A stretch of 64,000 nucleotides of DNA from positions 7,597 through 71,596 of the forward strand of contig JAXHTJ010000001.1 of assembly GCA_034190245.1 (NCBI GenBank), written 5' to 3'. Source of the stretch: Halobacteriota archaeon (lineage in GTDB: Archaea > Halobacteriota > Syntropharchaeia > DAOWMC01). Of the stretch, positions 29,374 to 38,684 are shown piece by piece; positions within the stretch are counted from its first letter, which is position 1, and every line of letters starts with the position of its first letter. Under the pieces are notes generated by a model, which saw only the letters and a list, made by a program, of their open reading frames with translations, was not told the DNA's origin and did no database searches. Both the position numbers and the translations under genes were made by a program.

Positions 29374-30582
29374 ATGAGAGATGTTGCAATTATTGGTGTT
29401 GGTAGAACAGAATTTATTATAAGCGATGAATTCTCAAGCGGTATGGGTGCCATGACGGGCTTTGCCGGTCTTGGTGCAGAGGCAGTTAAAAAGGCATTGA
29501 AGGAAGCTAAGAATCTCGAGAAGAAAGACATCGAAACCGTTTATTGTGGCAGGTCAAATCCGGTTACAAATGCTGGTCAAACGATTATGCAGAAGATGGA
29601 GATGTTGAGTGAAGGTTCCTTCAGTGTGGACAACGGAGTGACAAGTGGCACAACCGCGCTTCTGTCTGCATATCGTGATGTTGCTGCTGGAATGCGCAAT
29701 GTGGCGTTAGTCGTTGGTTTCGAGACAATGGCTCCCGGGCAGTTATACATCACTCCTGACGGACAGGGATGGAAGAACAGGGATTCTGATTCACCACCAA
29801 TTCCAAGGTCTTTAGCACAGCTTGCGAGAAGGCATATGAGTGAATACGGTACCACCAAGGAACAACTTGCGATGGTTACTGCGAAGAACCGCAAAAACGG
29901 TGCTCTAAATCCGAATGCATTGAATAAAGAAGAGGTTTCGGCAGATGATGTCCTGAACTCAAGGATGGTTGCAGAGCCCCTGACAGAACCGATGTGTTCT
30001 ATTCCGGCGAGTGGTGCTACTGCTGTTGTTATCTGCGATGAGAAGTCAGCAAGTTATTACACCTCACATCCAATTAAGATAGCCGGATTTGCTATGACAA
30101 CCGGAAAAGCCGGTCTTGGTCTTCTGGATTCTGCCTATGATCCGATTGTGAGGGCTGCAAGGGAAGCGTACAGGATGGTAGGCCCATTCTTCAGTGGAAA
30201 AGATGTCGATATCGCACAGGTGGATGACACAACTGCAATAAATGAGCTTATAGCTTATGAGGCGCTTGGTTTCTGTAATAAAGGCGAAGCCGGAAAGATG
30301 GTTGAGGACGGTGTCACCAATCTGGATGGAGCTCTTCCAGTAAATACAGACGGTGGAATGCTTGCCAATGGTCAACCACTCGGTGCCTGCGGACTGGCTC
30401 AAGTCTATGAGCTTGTTGAACAACTAAGAGGGAAGGCAAAGGACAGGCAAGTTAAAGATGACATCGAGTATGCTGTTCAGTACAACGGTGGAAGCTTCGG
30501 TAGCGGTTTCTGCGGTGGTATAGGGGGAAGAGGCTTTGGAACCGGAGGCTCTTACATAGTCAACGTCTTTACGAAAGTCTAA
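29374..30582 (+). CDS. Thiolase-like protein (SCP-x-type thiolase family), paralog 2
   Basis: MRDVAIIGVGRTEF… …NTDGGMLANGQPLGACG…. The ATG at 29374 follows an aaggggaag RBS-like element. Confidence 0.7.
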   Translation: MRDVAIIGVGRTEFIISDEFSSGMGAMTGFAGLGAEAVKKALKEAKNLEKKDIETVYCGRSNPVTNAGQTIMQKMEMLSEGSFSVDNGVTSGTTALLSAYRDVAAGMRNVALVVGFETMAPGQLYITPDGQGWKNRDSDSPPIPRSLAQLARRHMSEYGTTKEQLAMVTAKNRKNGALNPNALNKEEVSADDVLNSRMVAEPLTEPMCSIPASGATAVVICDEKSASYYTSHPIKIAGFAMTTGKAGLGLLDSAYDPIVRAAREAYRMVGPFFSGKDVDIAQVDDTTAINELIAYEALGFCNKGEAGKMVEDGVTNLDGALPVNTDGGMLANGQPLGACGLAQVYELVEQLRGKAKDRQVKDDIEYAVQYNGGSFGSGFCGGIGGRGFGTGGSYIVNVFTKV

Positions 30583-30604
30583 ATCACAAAATAAAAAAAG
30601 TTGA

Positions 30605-30630
30605 CCTGCCACAATGGCAGGTTTTTTTCT
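30605..30630. terminator. Bidirectional terminator-like hairpin (acctgcc-acaa-tggcaggt) followed by T7
   Basis: Perfect 7-8 bp stem plus an oligo-T run, lying between convergent genes. Confidence 0.4.
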
Positions 30631-30651
30631 GTTTTTTAATAAATTTTTATC

Positions 30652-31083
30652 CTAAACTTTGAGTTCCATCTTTTCTGCAACTGCAGTTATAAGGGGCATC
30701 AGATCCATCGCTTTTGACATATTTCCGACTCGTCCATCTCTCCACATCGCAATATCTCCACCCATAAGCGATGTAGTCACATCTCTCTCGCCCGAGATTA
30801 TTGCCGATAATGTACCATAGGATAATTCCATAAAGAAGTCCGCTTCATCGGATAGGCCGGAACTGACTGATGGTTTACCACCTTTTAACTCAACCTTCAT
30901 TCCAATAACAGGATCTGACGATATATTGAAGACCATATCTGGAGTTAGAGACATCTCAGTTTTTATATCATCGTCCTCACTCATCTTCTCTATTGCACTG
31001 CTTACAACGCTCAGATCGATCCCTTTCTTCTCATCAATTGCCTTTTTTAAAGCATCTTTAAGTTCATTTGCCATACAATGCAC
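30652..31083 (-). CDS. SCP2 sterol-carrier-like domain protein
   Basis: About 140 aa, alpha/beta SCP2-like, with conserved …LSYGTLSAIISGE…. Confidence 0.55.
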   Translation of the reverse strand: MHCMANELKDALKKAIDEKKGIDLSVVSSAIEKMSEDDDIKTEMSLTPDMVFNISSDPVIGMKVELKGGKPSVSSGLSDEADFFMELSYGTLSAIISGERDVTTSLMGGDIAMWRDGRVGNMSKAMDLMPLITAVAEKMELKV

Positions 31084-31123
31084 CTGCGAGAATAATCTAC
31101 TTATCTATATAAAAAAATTGCGT

Positions 31124-32302
31124 TTATATCTCACCCTCGACAAACGACTCAATCCTTCTCAAAGCCTCTTTCAATGCATCTCTAGAAACTGCATACGAGC
31201 ACCTTACAAAACCCTCACCTGATGCGCCAAAGACATCTCCTGGCACGCAGGCAACACCCTCTTTTTTTAGTAGCCTTTCTGAAAACTCTTCGGATGACAA
31301 ACCAGTCTCTTTGATGCTCGGAAATGCATAGAAAGCCCCTTTTGGTTTGCTGCAGGCTAGCCCCATCTTGTTGAACCCTTCCACTATGAGTAGCCTTCTT
31401 CGGTTGTATTCGCTCTTCATCTCTTCGACGTTCTCCACTCCATTCTTAATTGCTTCTATTGCTGCGAATTGTGCCATTATCGGAGAGCATAACATTGTAT
31501 ATTGGTGCACCTTCATCATCGATTCTATAAACTCCTCGTTTCCTGTCGCAAAGCCTATCCTCCATCCCGTCATCGCATGAGACTTAGAAAAACCGTTCAA
31601 AACGATAGTTCTATCCCGCATTCCGTTGAGAGAAGCAAATGAAGTGTGCTCCCCTTCATAGGTCAACTCTCCGTATATCTCGTCGGATATAACGAGTATA
31701 TCGTGCTCTATTACAATATCCGCTATCTCTTCCATCTCTTTTCTATTCATAGTCGATCCGGTTGGATTATTTGGATAACCAAGAATGATCGCCTTTGTTT
31801 TATCAGAGATTTTCCCTTCTATATCTTCGGGGGCAGGTTTAAACTCGTTCTCGGGTTTGGTTGAGATGTGCACAGGTATTCCATCTGCGAATAATATGCA
31901 TGGAGAGTACGCAACATAACAGGGTTCGATTACGAGGACCTCTTCACCCGGGTTTACAGTGGCACGGATAGCAAGATCGAGCCCCTCCGATACGCCGGTG
32001 GTTATAAGTATCTCGCTTTCTGGATTATACCTCAATCCCCGTTTTGATTTAATATATTCTGATATCAGCTCTCTGAGCTCAAGAATCCCCCAGTTAGAAG
32101 TATATGAAGTATACCCGTTCTCCAGGGAGTACATGCAACCCTCTATTATGTGCCAGGGCGTAACAAAATCTGGTTCGCCAACCGCGAGTGATATAACATC
32201 CTCCATATCCAGCACCATCTCAAAGAATCTCCTGATTCCGGAACCTGTTACTGATCTAACCCTATCCGAAACGATATCATCTGGAATGAATGTCAATTTC
32301 AA
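31124..32302 (-). CDS. Class I/II (aspartate-family) PLP-dependent aminotransferase
   Basis: …NPTGSTM… and the SKSHAMTGWRIG PLP-lysine motif. Confidence 0.8.
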   Translation of the reverse strand: MKLTFIPDDIVSDRVRSVTGSGIRRFFEMVLDMEDVISLAVGEPDFVTPWHIIEGCMYSLENGYTSYTSNWGILELRELISEYIKSKRGLRYNPESEILITTGVSEGLDLAIRATVNPGEEVLVIEPCYVAYSPCILFADGIPVHISTKPENEFKPAPEDIEGKISDKTKAIILGYPNNPTGSTMNRKEMEEIADIVIEHDILVISDEIYGELTYEGEHTSFASLNGMRDRTIVLNGFSKSHAMTGWRIGFATGNEEFIESMMKVHQYTMLCSPIMAQFAAIEAIKNGVENVEEMKSEYNRRRLLIVEGFNKMGLACSKPKGAFYAFPSIKETGLSSEEFSERLLKKEGVACVPGDVFGASGEGFVRCSYAVSRDALKEALRRIESFVEGEI

Positions 32303-32435
32303 GCACGCTCCCTATGTAATACATCATACGAGTCTTTATACCATTTTCCCTCAACACCTATTTAACTTACGTTCTAAAATCACAACATCGGTTTTTCGTT
32401 TTCAGTTTGGAGTTATCCCGAAGATAATAGAGAAC

Positions 32436-33143
32436 CTACGAGATCAGAACTGCAATTACGCCAGCCAAAAATACACCATCGAATGTTCCTGCACCGCCAA
32501 TGCTGGCCATTGGAGCCCCGAGTTTGGAGATACCTCCAAGATTCAAGATGTCTGCACCGATGAGAGTTCCAAGAACTCCGCTTGCATATGCTATAACAAA
32601 AACACTACTCTGCGGAATATTAAATGCCAATCTTAGGAGTATGACAGATGCGGCAGCGGTTAGTGGAGGAATAAAAGCCGGAACTGTTATACCAAGTCCA
32701 CGAACAGGTCTTGCCATGCTATGAGTAACGACTGTAACTATCAGTATGCCGAAGAGAGCGAAGATCAGTTGGGATGGTATTCTAAAGAGGAGATATATAG
32801 ATATGAAAGCCGGTATTATAGCACCACCAACATTTGCGGCTATGACTGTTTTGGTTTGATGGGCATCAAATATTGGAATACGACGTGGAACACCGAAAAC
32901 CCGTATATACTTTTCGGGAACAGCAGGTTTTTCCGATTCAACGGTTTTTATCGGAATATTGATAACGCTCCCGATCAATGTCGCAAAGAGCAGTATCATT
33001 GCATGTCTCCAATTGAAACCGATTCTGACAAAAGCGACTCCAACCAAGCCAAAGAAGAAGAGACTGAATACCAGCCCGGCTACAACCAAGAAGAGTACTA
33101 TGAAGGCGAGATGCAATGGAGCGAATATCAATCGTGTTCGCAT
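32436..33143 (-). CDS. Integral membrane protein (DUF1614-like)
   Basis: About 6 predicted TM helices with a conserved-looking IGGAGTFDGVFLAG segment. Confidence 0.45.
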   Translation of the reverse strand: MRTRLIFAPLHLAFIVLFLVVAGLVFSLFFFGLVGVAFVRIGFNWRHAMILLFATLIGSVINIPIKTVESEKPAVPEKYIRVFGVPRRIPIFDAHQTKTVIAANVGGAIIPAFISIYLLFRIPSQLIFALFGILIVTVVTHSMARPVRGLGITVPAFIPPLTAAASVILLRLAFNIPQSSVFVIAYASGVLGTLIGADILNLGGISKLGAPMASIGGAGTFDGVFLAGVIAVLIS

Positions 33144-33157
33144 TCGTTACCTGCTAA

Positions 33158-34045
33158 TCATTGATTGACTATTGAAACAAATATCTCCTCAAGAGGGGAC
33201 TCATCGGTCTTGATGTCAATTATCTTTCCGCTATTTTCGGTTATCAATTTTGTAATTTGATTGACCTCTTCGACACTACTCGTTCTTTTCAGATAGTGGT
33301 CCCCAATTCGTTCGAGATCCCTATCCAACCCACCATTTCCACCGTTCAGATCGAATTCAAGGAGATATTCTCTTCGTCCAAAATCCCTCTTTAACTCATC
33401 TATACTGCCCGATGCCACTTCATTACCGTTACTGATGATCAGCACCTTATCACATATCGATTCTACCTGGTACAGGTTATGTGCGCTGAATAATATGGTC
33501 TTACCCTGTGCCTTCAGATCCTTGATGAACTTGACCACATACATGGAAGTCATTGGATCGAGTCCGGATGTCGGTTCATCGTATATAAGGACATCAGGGT
33601 CGTTGATCAAAGATCTGGCTATTATGATCTTCCTCTTCATCCCTTTCGAACAGTCGCCTATCTTCTTATAATCCGCAGAGAGGTTTAAAGAGGAGAGTAG
33701 TCTTTCGATTCGATCATCAGCCACCTTCCTATCCAGATCGAAGATCTCTGAGAAGAAGTGCAGATAGTCCCGCACGTACATACTCTCGTACAATGGAGAG
33801 TCCTCTGGAACAAAACCTATCAAGCTCTTGATCTCGAGTTCGTTCTTTGTCATATCATAGCCTGAAATTGAGATACTCCCTTCGGTCGGTTTGATCAGCC
33901 CACAGCACATCTTGAGTATTGTGGTCTTTCCGGCACCGTTGGGTCCAACAATGCCGAATATTTCCCCCTCACCAATATCAAAGGTTATATCGTTTACAGC
34001 AGTGAAGTCACCGTATCTTTTTATGAGGTCTACAGATTGAATCAC
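33158..34045 (-). CDS. ABC transporter ATP-binding protein
   Basis: Walker A GPNGAGKTT, LSGG-like signature and Walker B LIYDEPTSGLD. Confidence 0.8.
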   Translation of the reverse strand: MIQSVDLIKRYGDFTAVNDITFDIGEGEIFGIVGPNGAGKTTILKMCCGLIKPTEGSISISGYDMTKNELEIKSLIGFVPEDSPLYESMYVRDYLHFFSEIFDLDRKVADDRIERLLSSLNLSADYKKIGDCSKGMKRKIIIARSLINDPDVLIYDEPTSGLDPMTSMYVVKFIKDLKAQGKTILFSAHNLYQVESICDKVLIISNGNEVASGSIDELKRDFGRREYLLEFDLNGGNGGLDRDLERIGDHYLKRTSSVEEVNQITKLITENSGKIIDIKTDESPLEEIFVSIVNQ

Positions 34046-34278
34046 TTAAAACAACCATACATATATTTATCTTCAGCCATTATATGCTTTGTTCTCACAC
34101 GGGGAAGGCTAGATAGATTATAGTAAAGAGTAGAGCCACCATAACCACCAGAATCAGGAGTATCTCTTCTTCGCTTTGCATCGGTATATTCAAGTCAACT
34201 TAAAGGTTCTTTAATATTTATTAAGAGCAGGATATAAAGAAGAAAGATAACGATCCCTGCTTCAGTATGGTGAGAAGA

Positions 34279-34434
34279 ATGCCAAAGTGTAATATGTGTG
34301 GAGAAACATTCGATGTGGAAACGGCGCCGGGGGCAATATTATTTGCTCCGCCAGAACGAGTGGACATGGCATGTCCTGTAATGAAGTATCACATCTGCAG
34401 GAAGTGTTTCGATGGACTGACTCTGCTTGATTGA
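34279..34434 (+). CDS. Small zinc-ribbon protein (51 aa, CxxC…CxxC)
   Basis: MPKCNMCGETFDVETAPGAILFAPPERVDMACPVMKYHICRKCFDGLTLLD, with a GGTGA RBS 6 nt upstream. It is shorter than the track threshold. Confidence 0.3.
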   Translation: MPKCNMCGETFDVETAPGAILFAPPERVDMACPVMKYHICRKCFDGLTLLD

Positions 34435-34594
34435 TTGGGGAGCCTGCTGGGTAAATCTTGCATTTCCTTTCAACCATTAATAATTAATATATTTTTATCA
34501 TAATATTGGCCATTTTAATGATAAAACGATAGATTAATATACTTTAAAGTAGCATTTTCTTACTATAAGAGGTGAAAACACAGGAGTAGCAATT

Positions 34595-35395
34595 ATGGAG
34601 GAGAGTTTGGATATAATACTTGGACGAGGACATTCCCACAAACACAATTCTAAGAGTTCGGTGCAGTCCCCATCAGTAACTGTGGAATCAGCTACCTCAC
34701 CCATCAAATCAACCGGAATCAATTTTCTTGATAATGAGTTGAGTGGAGGTCTGCCGGCTGGTACGGTCGTTTATTTCTATGCAGATGCCGATGAGACTAC
34801 ATCAGAAGTCTTTCTTCATCATTTTTCGTCTGTCAGAAAAACATATTACTTTACCACAGTGAGACGCCCAAAATACATCTCTCAAAATATCACAGATCTG
34901 GGCCTTGATACTGAAAACATCAACTTTATAGATGTATACAGTCAGTATTATCTGAATAAATTCGGAGATATGATCGATAACGTTGGTAACGAATTTGTAG
35001 ACAAAGATATCTTGGACTTCACGGAGTACCAATTGAAGAATATCCGGGCCCAAGATGAGAAAGACTTTAACATCATCATTGACACGTTCTCGTTCTATCT
35101 GGGTTTGAATGTGAACTTTGGTAATATTCTGAGGCTTACAAACCTCATTTATGAGATAACGAAGGAGACGGAATCCATCTCGTATCTTTATGTCCTAAAC
35201 GATTACGATAAACCAGAAAACAAAGTAATGAATCTGTGTGATGCAGTATTTGATGTTACATCGGATAGGATTGGCGATAATATATACAGTAAACTCTCCA
35301 TTCCAAAGATGAGAGGAAAAACAGAAGTCAACGATCTTATCAAATTCAAAGTAGCCAGTGGTATACAGATAGATACGACTAGAGACATAGCTTAG
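34595..35395 (+). CDS. KaiC/RecA-superfamily ATPase-like protein with degenerate Walker A (probably catalytically inactive)
   Basis: GINFLDNELSGGLPAGTVVYFYADADETTSEVF aligns to the KaiC GIpGLDelLgGGlprGsvvlvsGppGtGKTtfalqF segment but lacks GxxGxGKT. A Walker-B-like IIIDTFS and a C-terminal KMRGKTEVNDLIKFKVASGIQID are present. Confidence 0.55.
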   Translation: MEESLDIILGRGHSHKHNSKSSVQSPSVTVESATSPIKSTGINFLDNELSGGLPAGTVVYFYADADETTSEVFLHHFSSVRKTYYFTTVRRPKYISQNITDLGLDTENINFIDVYSQYYLNKFGDMIDNVGNEFVDKDILDFTEYQLKNIRAQDEKDFNIIIDTFSFYLGLNVNFGNILRLTNLIYEITKETESISYLYVLNDYDKPENKVMNLCDAVFDVTSDRIGDNIYSKLSIPKMRGKTEVNDLIKFKVASGIQIDTTRDIA

Positions 35396-35453
35396 AAATT
35401 CACCACCATATTATGATTAAATAGTAAAAAAAGATGTATTGGAGGTTGATGAT

Positions 35454-35726
35454 ATGAATTCAGGTTCGAATGGTTTTGTGGCTGTTGTTTTTGTCCTGAT
35501 TATGGCCGTGGCGATGTTTTCCATTGCTGCTCCTGCGATGATACAGGAACCTTTAACTCCAGACACTTTATTTGGATCACCAACACCGACACCCGAAGAA
35601 ACAGCACCATCAGTAGGAGAGGAACCATTAGTTATAATGTGGGTAGGGGTGATTGTTATGATAATTTTGACTGCCATAGGCTGTGGAATCCTCTTAGTGA
35701 TTGCAGGGAGTGTGAGAGAATATTGA
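35454..35726 (+). CDS. Small membrane protein (2 TM) with Pro/Thr-rich linker
   Basis: ATG at 35454 preceded by a GGAGGT RBS. Two hydrophobic helices flank a PTPTPEETAP segment. Confidence 0.4.
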   Translation: MNSGSNGFVAVVFVLIMAVAMFSIAAPAMIQEPLTPDTLFGSPTPTPEETAPSVGEEPLVIMWVGVIVMIILTAIGCGILLVIAGSVREY

Positions 35727-35761
35727 GGGTGGTATGAGTCACCCATTCGGTTGAATCTGTT

Positions 35762-36694
35762 TTATTCGACTCTCTCTCGCAATGCCGCCACTATCATGGG
35801 AAGGGCGATTGTTGCATCGGCATAAACGGTGACAGCGCGAGCTTCTTCTTTTACCTTTGTCCAGGATTTCGCCTCATCCGGTGTTGCCCCGGAGAGTCCT
35901 CCTGAATCAGGTCGATCGGTCGTTATCTGGATGAAGTGGTCAAAACCCTCTTTCATGCTCACAAGCATCGACTGGAGTATGTAGTTTTTGGGCACGCCAC
36001 CCCCAAGTATTATCACACCGGTCTTTTTAGCATTATAACAGATGTCAATCAATTCAGAGAGATCATCGAATGTGTCCACGCTCAGCTTTTGCGTCTGTTT
36101 GTAAAGCCATACGTTGAGTCCGATTATCGAGTCAGAAATAGCCGGACAGAATACCGGAACGTCGCAGTCAACGGCACTTCTGAGAATCGAATCCGGGTCA
36201 TCTATGCTCTGACCAATAACAGATATGAACTCACGTATTGTGAGCTTGCGGTCAATGTCTTCCAGAACGCCCATCATATGATCTTCCAATACCGTGAAAT
36301 GCTCTTCCGGTAGAAAAACATCGAATATTCTATTTATTTTCTGATCTCTCAAGATGAGATCATCAGCCTTCTCACTGCCCTTGTAATGATGACCCCCAAG
36401 CGATTCAATCATATCATGAACGAGATTTGCGCCGGTGGTTACCAGTACATCGATGTAGCCATCTCTTATCATATCGCTTATGATCTGTCTCATCCCGGCT
36501 GGAACGAGAGCTCCGGCAAGCCCAAAGAATTTAGTAGCCCCATCTTCCACCATACCCTCATATATGTCCACAGCTTCTGCAATTCTTCCGGCACCAAGTC
36601 CACAACCATCTAAAGCTGAGACGAGCTCATTCGCACTCATGCCAGAGACGATTTTTGCTTGCTTTATCTCTTGAAAGGGAATTTTGGAGTTCAT
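35762..36694 (-). CDS. dys: Deoxyhypusine synthase
   Basis: 310 aa of the DHS family (…GGGVPKNYILQS…). It is the archaeal eIF5A-modification enzyme. Confidence 0.8.
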   Translation of the reverse strand: MNSKIPFQEIKQAKIVSGMSANELVSALDGCGLGAGRIAEAVDIYEGMVEDGATKFFGLAGALVPAGMRQIISDMIRDGYIDVLVTTGANLVHDMIESLGGHHYKGSEKADDLILRDQKINRIFDVFLPEEHFTVLEDHMMGVLEDIDRKLTIREFISVIGQSIDDPDSILRSAVDCDVPVFCPAISDSIIGLNVWLYKQTQKLSVDTFDDLSELIDICYNAKKTGVIILGGGVPKNYILQSMLVSMKEGFDHFIQITTDRPDSGGLSGATPDEAKSWTKVKEEARAVTVYADATIALPMIVAALRERVE

Positions 36695-36798
36695 TATAAC
36701 CTCGCAAATTCAACGGATCTTCATTGGGAAAAAACCCTTTACCGTAAAAAGTTTATGCATCATTACCCCATATAATGATTAGATTTTGTGGGGTCAAC

Positions 36799-37563
36799 AT
36801 GGAAGATGATCAAGAAGTTGATATAAACCTGGCCGCAAAACAGATTCTTCGATCTAAATATCTCATTGCATCTACCGGTGCGGGGTTCTCAACAGAAAGT
36901 GGCATACCCGATTTCAGAGGTCCTGATGGAGTATGGACGAAATATGGTGAACCGAGTATGGACGGTTTCCAGCGCTTTATGGAAGATCCCAGTAGCATGG
37001 CTAAGGAACTTATGAAACCCAAAAGGATGAGCATGATCAGGAACTTTCTGGGTAGCAAGCCCAATCCGGGTCACTATGCTCTGGCTGAGCTCGAAGAGAT
37101 GGGTATATTAAAGTGCCTGATCACACAGAATGTTGATAATCTGCATAGGGCCGCCGGTAATAAAAATGTCCTTGAATTTCACGGTAACGTCTACAGATTG
37201 CGTTGTTTAACCTGTAACTCAAGATTTGACCTGACACAGTCGGATGATATTCGTGAGCATCGTTCCCGTTGCAATGGTCGTGTTAAGACAGATGCTGTTA
37301 TGTTCGGGGAGCCAATTCCTCAGGACGTTCTGAGAAGATCCTTTGAGGAGGCGAAGAGGTGTGACTGTTTGATAGTGGCCGGAACATCAGCGGTTGTTTA
37401 TCCTGCTGCCAGCTTGCCGGGTATTGCAAAGGAGCAGGGAGCCACCATTATTGAGATAAACGGTGAAGAGACGCATCTGACCTACTCCATCACAGATAAT
37501 TATATAAAAGGTAAAACAGGCGAGGTTTTACCTCGGATAGTCAAGGAGATAAAGGGCCTTTGA
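36799..37563 (+). CDS. cobB: NAD-dependent protein deacylase, Sir2 family
   Basis: GAGFSTESGIPDFRG, the Zn-binding CxxC…CxxC pair, and the HGN motif. Confidence 0.8.
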   Translation: MEDDQEVDINLAAKQILRSKYLIASTGAGFSTESGIPDFRGPDGVWTKYGEPSMDGFQRFMEDPSSMAKELMKPKRMSMIRNFLGSKPNPGHYALAELEEMGILKCLITQNVDNLHRAAGNKNVLEFHGNVYRLRCLTCNSRFDLTQSDDIREHRSRCNGRVKTDAVMFGEPIPQDVLRRSFEEAKRCDCLIVAGTSAVVYPAASLPGIAKEQGATIIEINGEETHLTYSITDNYIKGKTGEVLPRIVKEIKGL

Positions 37564-37999
37564 TAGGGAAGGGCTACCGCCCTTTCCAAACCTGTGTCCG
37601 CCTTCGGCAGGACTAATCGGGCTTTCGCCCGATGATTTATCTGGCCATTTTATAGGGATTGGAATTATTCTTAGCTAAACCCCTTTTAATGCATATAAAA
37701 CATCTCGCCGTAGATGAGATTAGTCCAGCATAAAACTGGAATGGTAATATTCGACATCTTAAAATTCAAAGTTTTTTCATTTGAGTTACGTCACACAATT
37801 GTGAATTTATTAAAAAAGGCTTTATTTTACTTCTTTAAAAAACTTCTTTGGGACATTTTTCTTCTTTTTTTATATTGGAGGGCACTCATTCATTTTTGAT
37901 GAAAATTTTGGTAGATTTCTACTATATGGTCTTCTTTTTACAAGTTCTCCGAACTTTTTTTCTTATTTTTAAGAATAAAGGTTTAATAATGTTTTATTT

Positions 38000-38565
38000 G
38001 GCTATCAAAAGCTTTATATAGGTTTAATCTCAATGTTAACGTTGTCATGATGAAAGCTTGCAGGATGACAGGAGAAGAACTCCGACATGACAGGCACACG
38101 GTGTCACTCTTAACAGATCACATGGTTATTACTCCAAAATATAGGGGTAAAATATTAACTGACGATGTTGCTATGGTTTGTGAAGGTCTTATCAGGAAGA
38201 CATGCAGGGAGATGGATATTGAGATAATTGATATGGCAATCAATACTGATCATGTTCATCTGTTTATAAAGTATCCGCCAAAGTATTCTGTTAGCTTTAT
38301 CGCAAAGAAGATCAAAGGCAGGACAAGCAGAATACTGAGGCAGCACTTCCCACATTTGAAAGAATGGTGTCCTGACCATTTATGGGCACCGGGTTGTTTT
38401 CATGGTTCAGTAGGCCATGGTTGGGAGTGGTGGAAAATTATATCTTAACTCAGGTTCATTCACCTAAACAAGGGAAAAGTATATAAAATGGCTGGACACC
38501 TCCAGCCTGAGAGGTGTCCGATTTTCAATCGGACTAAAGGGGTGTATAAGCACCCCTTGTTTTGA
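38000..38565 (+). mobile_element. IS200/IS605-family insertion sequence (tnpA only); ends approximate
   Basis: Y1/HUH transposase ORF followed by two subterminal hairpins (38495-38521 and 38538-38562). The left boundary is not resolved. Confidence 0.5.
38047..38448 (+). CDS. tnpA: IS200/IS605 family transposase TnpA (HUH Y1)
   Basis: 133 aa with an HVHLF (HUH) motif. The C-terminal …LWAPGCFHGSVG… matches the IS200 LWSPSYFxGSVG pattern. Confidence 0.8.
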   Translation: MMKACRMTGEELRHDRHTVSLLTDHMVITPKYRGKILTDDVAMVCEGLIRKTCREMDIEIIDMAINTDHVHLFIKYPPKYSVSFIAKKIKGRTSRILRQHFPHLKEWCPDHLWAPGCFHGSVGHGWEWWKIIS

Positions 38566-38684
38566 TTAACCTTTTATTTAAAAGGTTACTAACAAGCCTG
38601 GTACCTATAAGTACGGGGTATAGTGACTTAATACAGGATATTTTCATGTACTATAAAATGAGTATATGTATGGTTGTGTCTGTT

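Noticed and set aside
34097-34183. 28-aa hydrophobic mini-ORF on the minus strand (MQSEEEILLILVVMVALLFTIIYLAFPV)
   Set aside because: Too short and without a convincing RBS; noted only as a possible small membrane peptide.
37714-37899. 61-aa ORF in the AT-rich spacer upstream of tnpA
   Set aside because: Extremely AT-rich, Phe/Leu/Lys low-complexity, no RBS. More likely non-coding IS flank.
38562-38684. Upstream extension of the beta-helix ORF into the IS200 right end
   Set aside because: It would read through the IS hairpins. The ATG at 38685 yields a canonical signal peptide.
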